DNA from: an uncultured Actinomycetota bacterium
GTDB lineage: Bacteria > Actinomycetota > Actinomycetes > Actinomycetales > Kineosporiaceae
Assembly: GCA_963750395.1 (NCBI GenBank)
Contig: CAVVQM010000009.1
Location: forward strand, 69,349 to 133,348
Length of the DNA: 64,000 nucleotides
Reading direction: 5' to 3'
The notes beneath the pieces were generated by a model. The model saw nothing but the letters and a program-made list of their open reading frames with translations. It was not told the origin of the DNA and did no database searches. Each line of letters opens with the position of its first letter. The stretch's first letter is position 1. Both the position numbers and the translations under genes were made by a program. Positions 37,424 through 47,253 of the stretch are shown here, piece by piece.

Positions 37424-40400
37424 ATGCCTGCCGACACGACCCGATCGATCATTCTGCGACTCGCGATGCTGGGGCTTCCACTCCCATCCGGCGCCACGGC
37501 CGATGACGCCCTGGTCCTCGCCTCACCCATCCTGGCCCGCAACCGCGAGCTGAATCGGCGTCTGGCCGAACGTCCGTGCGCGGCCGACCGACGCATCCAG
37601 GCATTCCTCGACTCCTACCTGGGCGACGCTCCGGTGCAGCCCCAGTTACCGCGTCGCACCCTGGTGCTCGACGAGCCGGGTCTGGCTCGCGAGCTCGCGC
37701 TGCCGCGTGAGGGCGACGAGTTCTCCTCCGATCTGATCTCCAGCTACCGGCTCGCCAACGGCGTGCTGCACAATCCCGCGAACGACCGGCGCACGACCGC
37801 GGGGGTCTTCCACATCGCCGAGGGCGGGCTGCCGATCCAGGACGACAAGCGGGCCGTGCCGAAGCACGTCTTCGCCCGGCTGCTGGAGGCGGCCCTGCAG
37901 CCGCCCGCCGACGCTCTCGTCCTGCCGTGGACGGCGGGCTCCCCCGAGCCGGCCCAGACCTGGGTGTCGCTGCTGCTGCGCCCGCTCGTCGTCCCCGCCA
38001 CCAGGGATTTCCCGGTCGACCGTTCGATGGAGACGCGGTTCATCGTCCCGGGCGGCATGGTGGCCAACCTCGACTTCGTGGAGGGCATCTTCGGCAACGC
38101 CGGAGATCCCTACCTGCCCGAGAACGACGCCTCGCTCGAACCGACGACCTGGACCGGCCACACGGGCTGCGTGATCCTCGCGCCGCATCTGACGAGCATG
38201 ACGAAGAAGGAACTCGGCCTGCCGCACATCGGCGCGGCGACCGAGCGCCAGAAGCGCGACGGGATGTGCTGGACGGCGGCCGACGAGCTGTACAACAACG
38301 GCAGCGCGTTCAAGGCGTGCGCCCGGGACGCTCGGGGCGTCGTCGTCACGATCATCGCCGACAACTACTTCGGCTACTGCAAGAAGGAGGTCAAGACGCA
38401 GATCGGCTACGCGGCCAACCTGTTCGGCGTCTCCGAGGAGGAGCACTCCGGTGGCGCCATCTGCTACCCGGCCTACAACCTCGGCCAGGAGTTCACCGAC
38501 GATCTCACGCCGGCCGAGTACACCCTGAGCGAGGTGCTCTCGACCAACCCCGACCGCTTCGAGCTGCAGACGCAGGGGCATGCCCTGGACACCCAGCTGC
38601 CGAGTCTCACCCTGGTTCCGACCGGCAGCAGCTTCAGCCTGTCCGGCCGCAGTGTCACCTGGATCGGACGCCGGGGTGAGAAGCACAGCATCCCGCTCGA
38701 GGCCGACCGGATCTACATGACGCCCAACGGCTACCGGGTCTTCGCCAAGCCCCGCGAGGCCGACAAGACCCAGTGGCACCTGTTGGGCATCTCGCCGATC
38801 TCGACCCAGTGCCACAAGCCGGCGACCGTCTCCGGCGGCGGCAAGAGCGAGATCAGCAAGTCGTTGCTCGACGCCTTCGTCTTCAGCCACGCCTCGACCC
38901 AGAACTTCGACGAGCGACATCGAGACGGTGGCCGAGCTCATCGCGACCGACTTCTCCGACCGCTACCGCGACCCGTCCCGGAACACCGACCGGCGCCCCA
39001 TCCTGTCGCCGGAGCGCAGCCTCGGCAGCGTGATCAAGCTGCTCACGCCGAACGCCGACTACACCGACGAGTTCAACGACCGGCTGCACAGCATCCCCGC
39101 GCTACGTCAAGGAACTGCTGTTCCTGGTCAAGAAGTACTACCTGCCCGAATGGGGCGAGGACTGGCGCAGCCACTTCTCGGTGAGCAACATCAACGGGCG
39201 GCTCGGCAACCGGGTGCGGCTCGACGGTGAGCTGATCATCGTCAACATGCTCCGCGTCGGGTTCGAGCAGGACGGGGCCTGGCGCCTGTTCACGCTGCGT
39301 CCCGACTTCAGCCCCGCCGTCAAGGTGCAGACCGAGGACGACATCACGGCCAGCACCGTGCTTCCCGCGACCGAGGCTCCCTACGACTTCGGTCACAACC
39401 GGGGACTGCGGGACGCTCAGCGCGAGGCCCGCGACCGGGCTGCCGTCTCCCGCAAGTTCGTCAAGAACTGCGAGGGGCTGCTGTTCCAGCGGCCCGACGA
39501 CGCGATCCACCGCGGGTACGACAAGCAGGCCGAGCGCGACATCGCGACGCCGGGCACCTTCCTGTCCAACTTCCAGCCGCTCACGAAGTCGGAGGCGGCG
39601 GCCATCGTCGCGGGATGCCATCTCGTTCAGCCGGTTCACCGACCCGATGAAGGATCTGCTCACCGACTTCGCGGCGGACCCGGAGGCCTCACCGTCCTAC
39701 GTCGCCTGCTCGTCCGAGCCGCGCCTGGTCAACGGCAAGCGGACGAAGAACCCGCGCTACCTGCAGCTCCGGCCCGACCTGGCCAATCCCACCGCCACCC
39801 AGCTGGCGGACATCGCAGACCACCTGCTCCACCATCTGCCGCTGACCGACTTCGCGCCGCTGCCGGTGGATGTCGTGGCCGCGGGGCGGCGCAACAACCC
39901 GCCGGAGGCCGACGCGCCGGCGCTGTGCTCCTACAACCCCTTGCACTACATGGAGCTGCCCGAGCTGTTCATGGAGTTCATCAGCTCGATGACCGGGAAG
40001 TCGCCCTCCACGACCGGTGCCGGGTCCGAGGGCGCGCTGACCAAGGGCCCGTTCAACATGCTGCCCTCGATCATCGACCTCAACGCGGCGTTCCTGAGCT
40101 ACGCCTTGACCGGCTACGACGGCTGGGTCTCCAGCGCCGGACACATCGGGCCGAGGATGCGGATCGACCACGACTTCAGCCTGCTGGTGCCAGAGGTGTT
40201 CAGCCGCATGTGGCCGAACGAGCGGGACGCGACCAACCTGATCGAACGCGGCTACCTCGATGCCGTGCTCGACATCGAGCGCGAGGGCAGCATCCTGGAG
40301 GCCAGCCGCCTCGGCTACCGGATGAACCGCCGCTTCGCGACGGCCTACTTCGGTCGGATCTTCCTGCACCCCGACACCGTGTTCACCGACGAGATGCTGG

Positions 40401-40855
40401 CGCCCGAGCTCCAGGACGCCGACGTCTACGCGAACAGCATCGAGATCATCGTCGAGACCCACCGCCGGGTCGCGCAGTCCTTCATCGACGACGGCACGAT
40501 CTCCTTGGCCCTGCCGCCGCTGCGCGCTCTGCTGCAGTTCATGGCCCTGGGCAAGACCGAGGAGGGCTGGACGCTGCATTCGCCGGATCTGCGTGCGCAG
40601 TTCACCCGCGAAACCGTGCTGGCCAGCGACTGGTACGCCGAGCGGCTGGCGGCCAAGCAGCGCTACGACATCGAGCACTACGAGAAGGCAGCCGCCCGCC
40701 TCGAACTGTTCCAGTCCGGTGACGCCAACGCCGATCCGGTCGAGCGGCTGCGCGTCCAGGGTCGGCTGCGGCAGGTCCACGACGAGCTCGGCCGGGTGTC
40801 CAAGCCTGCCTACCTCGCCGAGCTCGTCGGCACCCTGGGGCTTCAGACGCTCTGA
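37424..40855 (+). pseudogene. large (~1140 aa) conserved protein of unknown function, read across three frameshifts (~38915, ~39095, ~39612)
   Basis: Four collinear ORF segments join sensibly: ...STQNFD|DIETVAELIATDF..., ...HSIP|[22 protein letters not shown]..., ...AAIVA|[15 protein letters not shown].... One Walker-A-like SGGGKSE lies at 38831-38851. Confidence 0.65.
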
Positions 40856-41300
40856 GCCGGCCACCCCCCGACGCGGTGCACCGTGGCGTCGGCGCCGATC
40901 AGACGGGCGCAGGCCCGCTGACGGCGCAACCGGTCCGGGGCGCGCGCTGGCACCGAGGTCGAGCTCGACACCCTCGGGCAGGGTGAGCTGGTCGCCGTCC
41001 GGGTTCGGGCGTGGGACGCCGACCGGGCTTCGGGACAGCTCGTCGATGTCACGGTCATAGCAGCACGGGGCCGATCCGGACCGGCCGGCCGCCGGCGACG
41101 GTCGCCGCGAGAACCACGGCGATCCTGCGACGTCGGGCGCGATCCTCGGAGGAGGCAGCGGTGCTCGTCGTGGCGCGGGGGGCATCATCCATATGTGCGA
41201 GCATGCGCCGCGCACCCGGGCCGATGCTGAACCCACTCTGTGACCCGGTTGTGAGCCCGGCGAGGCGATCTCCGTCGCCGCGCGGCGGACGTCGCTGCGC

Positions 41301-42599
41301 TCAGCGCCCCCGGCGCCGGCCGCCCTTGACCGCCTTCACCGCGGCGTCCTTGATGACGTCGCGACGCCGCCGGCCCTCCTGTTTCGGCGGCAGCGACAGC
41401 GTGACGACCTTCCAGTACACCGAGGCGAGCTGCTTGCCGAGGCTTCCGGTCACGTAGGGCAGGTCGTGGCGCTCCATCAACTCGCGGATCCGAGGGGCGA
41501 TCTCGGCGTACCGGTTGCTCGGCATGTCCGGGTAGAGGTGGTGCTCGATCTGGTGGGACAGGTTGCCGGTCATGACGTGCATGGCCTTCGAGCCCGAGAT
41601 GTTGCCCGAGCCGAGCATCTGGCGCAGGTACCACTCGCCCCGGGTCTCGCCCTCGATCGAGGTCTTCTCGAAGGTGGCGATCCCAGGCGGGAAGTGCCCG
41701 CAGATGATGACCGAGTTGGTCCACAGGTTGCGCACCACGTTGGCGACGATGTTCGCGGTCAGGGTGTGCTTGGCCGACCCGGTCGGGGCCGACAGCAGCG
41801 GATGGACCACGTAGTCCTTGGTGGCCTGTTGCCGGATCTTGGCCAACACCTCGCCGGCGTCCCGGCGGAACTTCTCCTTCTCCTCCGGGCGCATCCGCCC
41901 CCGCTTCGTGACGTAGGCGCCGAGCTCGAGGTCGTACGCCGCGATGCCGTACTCGAAGATCAGGGCGTTCGCGACGTGCCAGACCGGCTGGAACAGGTAG
42001 AACAGAGCCCACTTCTGGTCCTCGTCCACCCGCAGGATCCCGTAGCCGAGGTCGTTGTCCCGGCCGAGCACGTTGGTGAAGGTGTGGTGGATCTCGTTGT
42101 GCGAGTGCTTCCACTGACTCGACGGGGAGGCGTTGTCCCACTCCCAGGACGTCGAGTGGATCTTCGGGTCACGCATCCAGTCCCACTGGCCGTGCATGAC
42201 GTTGTGGCCGATCTCCATGTTCTCGAGGATCTTGGCGATCGACAGCCCGGCGGTGCCGATCCACCACGCAGGACGGATCCCCTTGACCTTCACCCCGGAG
42301 AAGAGCAGGACGGCGCGGCTGCCCATCTCCAGGTACCGCTGCGCCTTGATCACCTTGCGGATGTACGCGGCGTCGCGCTCACCGCGGTCGTCCATGATCT
42401 CGGTGCGCAGCGCGTCGAGTTCGCGACCGATCTCCTCGATCTGCTCCGGGGTCAGGTGCGCTGCCGGGTTCTCGTCCGGCCGGGGCGTCACCGGCGGCCG
42501 GGGCGGCCGGGTGGCGGCGTCGGAGCGGACCCGGGCGTTCGGGGCCGAGCGCTTGGCGACGGTGTGGCGGACGGCGGGACGTTCGGGGGCCAGACTCAT
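41301..42599 (-). CDS. desA3: membrane fatty acyl desaturase (DesA3-like stearoyl-CoA 9-desaturase)
   Basis: The histidine boxes are HNVMHGQWDW, HSHNEIHHTF and HQIEHHLYP. The N-terminus ERDAAYIRKVIKAQRYLE resembles mycobacterial DesA3. The start was chosen at ATG 42599. Confidence 0.85.
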   Translation of the reverse strand: MSLAPERPAVRHTVAKRSAPNARVRSDAATRPPRPPVTPRPDENPAAHLTPEQIEEIGRELDALRTEIMDDRGERDAAYIRKVIKAQRYLEMGSRAVLLFSGVKVKGIRPAWWIGTAGLSIAKILENMEIGHNVMHGQWDWMRDPKIHSTSWEWDNASPSSQWKHSHNEIHHTFTNVLGRDNDLGYGILRVDEDQKWALFYLFQPVWHVANALIFEYGIAAYDLELGAYVTKRGRMRPEEKEKFRRDAGEVLAKIRQQATKDYVVHPLLSAPTGSAKHTLTANIVANVVRNLWTNSVIICGHFPPGIATFEKTSIEGETRGEWYLRQMLGSGNISGSKAMHVMTGNLSHQIEHHLYPDMPSNRYAEIAPRIRELMERHDLPYVTGSLGKQLASVYWKVVTLSLPPKQEGRRRRDVIKDAAVKAVKGGRRRGR

Positions 42600-42646
42600 G
42601 GGAATCCTTCGGATCGGGTGGCGGCGGGTTCGGCGGGCGGTTCGAT

Positions 42647-43783
42647 TCACAGATCGAGCTCGCAGGAGCCCGCAACGGCGTTGATGCAGGTTTGAACGGG
42701 GAGGACCTGGTCGGACTCGACCGTGGTCACCTCACCGGTGCGCAGGTCACGGACGGCCCCGGAACGCATGGGGACGACGCATCCGAAGCAGATGCCCATC
42801 CGGCACCCGCTCGGCATCAGCACCCCGGCGTCCTCGCCGGCGTCCAGGATCGGCGTCGCCCCGTCGGCCTCGACGGCGACGCCGCTGTCCAGGAAGGTCA
42901 CCTCGCCGCCGTCACCCGGCTCGACCAGGCTGGGGCGGAAGCGCTCGGTGTGCAGCACGTCGTCCAGACCCGCCTGCTGCCAATGGGTCTCGGCGGCGTC
43001 CAGCAGGCCGGTCGGGCCGCACACCCAGGCCTGGCGCTCGCGCCAATCCGGGACGAGCGCGTCGAGCCGGGCCAGGTCGAGAACGCCGTCGACGTCGTCC
43101 AGGTTGAGGGCCAGGCGGTAGTTCGGCCTGGCCGCCGACGAGAGTTCGTGGGCGAAGATCACCTCGGGCTGCGACGGCGCGCAATGCACGTGCACGACGT
43201 CGGGCAGGGCCTCGAGCCGGTTGCGCAGCATGCCCATCACCGGGGTGATCCCACTGCCCGCGGTCAGGAACAGGACCTTGGCGGGGGCCGGCCCCGGCAG
43301 GGTGAAGTCGCCGGTCGCCTGATCGAGCATGACCAGCGTGCCGACCTGCGCGCGGCGCACCAGGTGGTTCGAGACCAGCCCGTCCGGGATGGCCTTGACG
43401 GTGATCGAGATGCACCCGTGCGGCACGTCGCCGGGGCCGGGTCGGCGGTACCCGGGGGTCGCCGGGCGCTCCGCGTGGGTCAGCGAGTAGGCGCGCCAGT
43501 GCCGCACACCGTCGATGTCCACACCGAGCCGGACGTACTGGCCGGGGGTGTGCCCGGCCCAGTCGCGTCCGGGCCGGATCACGATCGTGGCGGCGTCCGC
43601 GGTCTCCCGGCGGATCTCGATGATCCGGCCACGCAGGTCCGCACCCGCGCGCAGCGGGTCGAGCAGGTCGAGGTAGTCGGCGGGCACCAACGGGGTGGCC
43701 AGGGCCTCGACGACGCGCCGAACGCTGCTCAGCAACGTGGGTAGTGGGCCGACTACGGGGCGTTCCAGGGGGGGTGCGCTCAC
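42647..43783 (-). CDS. ferredoxin-NADPH-type oxidoreductase (FAD/NAD-binding plus 2Fe-2S), desaturase partner (Rv3230c-like)
   Basis: RAYSLT, LFLTAGSGITPVMGML and the C-terminal CRMGICFGC..CINAV (2Fe-2S) are present. The stop overlaps the desaturase ORF. The start is uncertain. GTG 43783 is preferred because codons 10-20 of the ATG-43855 ORF are a DNA palindrome. Confidence 0.75.
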   Translation of the reverse strand: MSAPPLERPVVGPLPTLLSSVRRVVEALATPLVPADYLDLLDPLRAGADLRGRIIEIRRETADAATIVIRPGRDWAGHTPGQYVRLGVDIDGVRHWRAYSLTHAERPATPGYRRPGPGDVPHGCISITVKAIPDGLVSNHLVRRAQVGTLVMLDQATGDFTLPGPAPAKVLFLTAGSGITPVMGMLRNRLEALPDVVHVHCAPSQPEVIFAHELSSAARPNYRLALNLDDVDGVLDLARLDALVPDWRERQAWVCGPTGLLDAAETHWQQAGLDDVLHTERFRPSLVEPGDGGEVTFLDSGVAVEADGATPILDAGEDAGVLMPSGCRMGICFGCVVPMRSGAVRDLRTGEVTTVESDQVLPVQTCINAVAGSCELDL

Positions 43784-43795
43784 TCCAAGACCATA

Positions 43796-43828
43796 ACCTA
43801 CGGTTCCGTAACTTACGAGACCGTAGGT
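43796..43828. promoter_or_regulatory. 33-bp near-perfect palindrome, candidate operator of the reductase-desaturase operon
   Basis: The sequence is ACCTACGGTTCCGTAA-C-TTACGAGACCGTAGGT. The arms are 16 nt and 14/16 complementary. It is locally AT-rich and sits 13 nt upstream of GTG 43783. Confidence 0.5.
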
Positions 43829-43963
43829 CCGAACGGGGGGTGTGTCTGCGCTCACCAGAGCCCGCGCCGGGTTCGAGTTCCCTCCACCTCGTGCAGTACG
43901 TCACGACCGGCGAGCGGACCGGCTACTCTCTGAGCTTTCACGGCGACGACGTGGGGGCAACCG

Positions 43964-44776
43964 GTGAACGACAGAGATACGGGACACGGACGACGCGAGG
44001 CGGCCACCCTCGCCCAGCCGTCCGAGCCGGCTGGGCCGTCCCTCACGACGGCGCCGGCCCCGCCGGGCGCCGACACGGTGATCCGCGTGAACATCCCCCT
44101 GATCACCAAGGTCCTCTGGGCGCTCATCGGCACGCTGATCGTGCTGGGCGTGGCGGCGGCCGCGGCCGCGGGTTCGCAGACGCTGCCCTACAACCTGACC
44201 CGCTTCTTCGACGGCGACCAGAAGACCAACTTCCCGACCACGGCCAAGACGCTGCTGCTGCTGACCGCCACCCTCCTGCTGCTGGTGTGCTGGCAGGCTG
44301 CCCGCAGCCGGCGCAGTCCCGCCGCGCGCGGGTGGCTCGCCCTCAGCCTGTGCACCGCGTTCGCCTTCCTCGACGAGAGCACCTACCTGCACCAGTCCCT
44401 CAGCGAGGTCATGAACAAGCTGGGCGACTTCGACGGCCCGCTGGCCTATGCCTGGACCGTCATCTATTGGCCGGCTGCCGTTCTGGCCGGGATCTTCGTG
44501 CTGCGCACCATGGGCAGCATGCAACCGGCCGTGCGCCGGATGCTGCTTCCCGGCGGAATCCTGTACGGCGCCGGTGCCCTGCTCTTCGAACCGCTGAAGT
44601 CGCACTTCGCCGAGACCTACGGCGAGATCTCGCTGCACCAGAAGCTGACCGCCGCCGCCTCGGACAGTCTCCAGTTGGTCGGGCTGACGCTGCTGGTCTG
44701 CGCCCTGCTGCATGCCGCACGTCATCTGACCGGATCGGTCGTGCTGGTTCTGGACGGGCCGGCGCCGAAGGACTGA
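43964..44776 (+). CDS. polytopic membrane protein, unknown function
   Basis: The ORF is 270 aa with ~6 hydrophobic segments. It is divergent from the desaturase operon. Confidence 0.45.
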   Translation: MNDRDTGHGRREAATLAQPSEPAGPSLTTAPAPPGADTVIRVNIPLITKVLWALIGTLIVLGVAAAAAAGSQTLPYNLTRFFDGDQKTNFPTTAKTLLLLTATLLLLVCWQAARSRRSPAARGWLALSLCTAFAFLDESTYLHQSLSEVMNKLGDFDGPLAYAWTVIYWPAAVLAGIFVLRTMGSMQPAVRRMLLPGGILYGAGALLFEPLKSHFAETYGEISLHQKLTAAASDSLQLVGLTLLVCALLHAARHLTGSVVLVLDGPAPKD

Positions 44777-44834
44777 TCGCGCCGACGGGTCCGATGCGCT
44801 CGACATCGACCACTCACCCCGATAGGCATGGGCG

Positions 44835-47231
44835 ATGACGACAACGGAGTCGCCCGAACCGGTCGAGGATGCCTCCGCCGGGCAGACCTACCGCCGGCTC
44901 GCCGGCCGCCTGCGCGATCGACTCGCGCCGCGACGTGCGCTGACGGTGCAGGCCCAGCGGGCCGCGGGCGCGCGGGTCCTGCACTACCTGTCGGCCGAGT
45001 ACCTTCCCGGCCGACAGCTCGAGCAGAATCTGGTGGCCCTGGGCGAGCCGGCGCGCGAGGTGGCGCAGGCCACCGACGCCGTCCGCGACTGGGAGGTCGA
45101 GGCGCCACTGGGCAACGGGGGGCTGGCGCGACTGGCCGCCTGCGTCATGGAGTCGACCGCCACGCTCGATCTGCCCGCCGTCGGGCACGGACTGCGCTAC
45201 GACTTCGGCACCTTCCAGCAGGCGGCCGACGGTGCGGGTGAGGCCGGGGCGTGGGCCGTCACGGACAACCCGTGGGAGGCGGAGGAGCCCCTCGAGCGTC
45301 GAACGGTCGCCTTCGGCGGGCATACGGAGGACGACGGCGACCCGACCGGGTTGCGACGCCGCTGGGTGCCCCAGGAGCATCTGGACGGCGTCCCGAGCGT
45401 GATGCTGATCCCCGGTCACGGCACCGGGACGGTCAATCCGATCCGGTTCTGGCGCGCCGTGGCCAGCCCCGACGCCCTGGACCCGGCCCGACTGGCGGCC
45501 GGTGAGTACGCCGAGGCGGTCGAGCAGGCGGCGCGGGCCGAGAACATCACCCGCGTCTACTACCCCGATGAGGCGAGCGAGGTCGGGCGCGAACTTCGCC
45601 TGCGGCAGCAGTACTTCCTGGTCTCGTGTGCGCTCCAGGAGATCGTCGGGAACCACCTTGCCGGGCACGACGCCACGACCGGCAGGGATCCGTGGAGCGG
45701 TCTGGCCGCCTCGGTCGTCGTCCAGCTCAACGAGACGCACCCGGCGCTGGCCGTGGTCGAACTCATGAGGCTGCTCGTCGACGAGCACCGGGTGGAGTGG
45801 GACCGGGCCTGGACGATCGTCACCAAGGTCTTCGGCTACACCGTGCACACCCTGCTGCCCGAGGCGCTGCAGACCTGGCCGGTCCCCCTGATGCAGCGGC
45901 TGCTGCCCCGCCACATGGAGATCATCCTCTCCATCAACTACTTCTTCCTGCAGGGCGTCGCGGTGCGCTTCCCGGGTGACATCGGCCGCCTGGGAGCCCT
46001 GTCGCTCATCCAGGAGGGCTCCGTGCCACAGGTGCGGATGGCCCACCTGGCGGCGGCCAGCGCCAAGGCGGTGAACGGGGTCGCCGATCAGCACACCCGC
46101 CTGCTGACCGGGGGTGCGTTCGCGAGCTTCGCGACCATGTGGCCCGCGAAGTTCTGCTCGGTGACCAACGGGGTGAGCCAGCGTCGCTTCCTGCGACTGG
46201 CCAATCCCGTTCTGGCGGAACTGATCACCGAAGGGATCGAGGGGGATCACTGGCTCCGCGACGCCGAGGCCCTGACCGCGCTGGTGCCGCTGGCCGAGGA
46301 TGCCTCCTTCCGCGAGGCGTGGCTCAAGGCCCGTCGGATGGGACGGGAGCGACTGTCGGACCACACTCGTCGGGAACTCGAGCTGGAGCTGGACCCGGAT
46401 GCCCTGTGCGACGTGATGATCAAGAAGTTCCACGAGTACAAGCGCCAGCTGCTCAAGGCGCTGCACGTGGTGACCCTCTACAACCGCATCGTCGACGATC
46501 CGACCGGTGCCCATGTACCTCGGACGGTGGTGTTCGCCGGATCGGCAGACCCCGGGTATCACCCCGGGCGGACGGTGATTCGGCTGGTCCGCGCCGTCGC
46601 GGCCGTCGTCAACCGGGACCCGGCGTGCGCCGGACGGCTACGCGTGCTCTACCACCCGGACCTCAGCGTCACTCGGTCGGAGCTCATCACGCCGGCGGCC
46701 GACGTCTCCGAGCAGATCTCGATGGCGGGAATGGAGGCGTCCGGCACCGGCAACATGAAGCTGGCCCTGAACGGCGCACTCACCGTGGCGACCATGGGCG
46801 GGGCGAACATCGAACTGCTGCATCGGCTGGGCCCCGACAGCGTGCGCGTCTTCGGGTTGGACGCCGCCGGTGCTGCCGCGCTGCGGTCGGGGGACCACGA
46901 GCCATACAGGCACTACGGGTCCGACCACGAACTCCGCGCCGCGCTGGATGCCCTGTCGGCAGGCGCGTTCTGCGACGAGTCCGGCGAGTCCTTCGCCCCG
47001 CTCGTCGAACGGGTCCTGAACTGGGACCCGTATCTGACCCTGGCCGACTACCGGTCCTATGTCGATGCGCAGGACCGGCTGGAGGCCGCCTGGCAGGACC
47101 CTGTCGCCTGGGCGCGGACGTCGATCCGCACCACCGCCCGGTGCGGCTACTTCTCCAGCGACCGGACGGTGCGCGAGTACAACGAGCGGATCTGGCACCT
47201 GCGGGCGGTGCCCGTCGAACCGATCGAGTAG
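44835..47231 (+). CDS. glgP: glycogen/alpha-glucan phosphorylase (GT35)
   Basis: The ORF is an uninterrupted 798 aa. LGNGGLARLAAC, HTLLPEALQ, NGVSQRRFL and ISMAGMEASGTGNMKLALNGALT (the PLP-lysine region) are present. Confidence 0.9.
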   Translation: MTTTESPEPVEDASAGQTYRRLAGRLRDRLAPRRALTVQAQRAAGARVLHYLSAEYLPGRQLEQNLVALGEPAREVAQATDAVRDWEVEAPLGNGGLARLAACVMESTATLDLPAVGHGLRYDFGTFQQAADGAGEAGAWAVTDNPWEAEEPLERRTVAFGGHTEDDGDPTGLRRRWVPQEHLDGVPSVMLIPGHGTGTVNPIRFWRAVASPDALDPARLAAGEYAEAVEQAARAENITRVYYPDEASEVGRELRLRQQYFLVSCALQEIVGNHLAGHDATTGRDPWSGLAASVVVQLNETHPALAVVELMRLLVDEHRVEWDRAWTIVTKVFGYTVHTLLPEALQTWPVPLMQRLLPRHMEIILSINYFFLQGVAVRFPGDIGRLGALSLIQEGSVPQVRMAHLAAASAKAVNGVADQHTRLLTGGAFASFATMWPAKFCSVTNGVSQRRFLRLANPVLAELITEGIEGDHWLRDAEALTALVPLAEDASFREAWLKARRMGRERLSDHTRRELELELDPDALCDVMIKKFHEYKRQLLKALHVVTLYNRIVDDPTGAHVPRTVVFAGSADPGYHPGRTVIRLVRAVAAVVNRDPACAGRLRVLYHPDLSVTRSELITPAADVSEQISMAGMEASGTGNMKLALNGALTVATMGGANIELLHRLGPDSVRVFGLDAAGAAALRSGDHEPYRHYGSDHELRAALDALSAGAFCDESGESFAPLVERVLNWDPYLTLADYRSYVDAQDRLEAAWQDPVAWARTSIRTTARCGYFSSDRTVREYNERIWHLRAVPVEPIE

Positions 47232-47253
47232 CAGACCTCGATCCCGTCGCACC

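Noticed and set aside
40843-41200. A possible small minus-strand gene (MDDAPRATT...RRIAVVLAATVAGGRPVRIGPVLL / YDRDIDELSRSPVGVPRPNPDGDQLTLPEGVELDLG / RLRRQRACARLIGADATVHRVGG) between the large protein gene and the desaturase gene.
   Set aside because: It can be read only by assuming two further frameshifts. I recognise no family, and one frame runs into the convergent large gene. That is too speculative to annotate.
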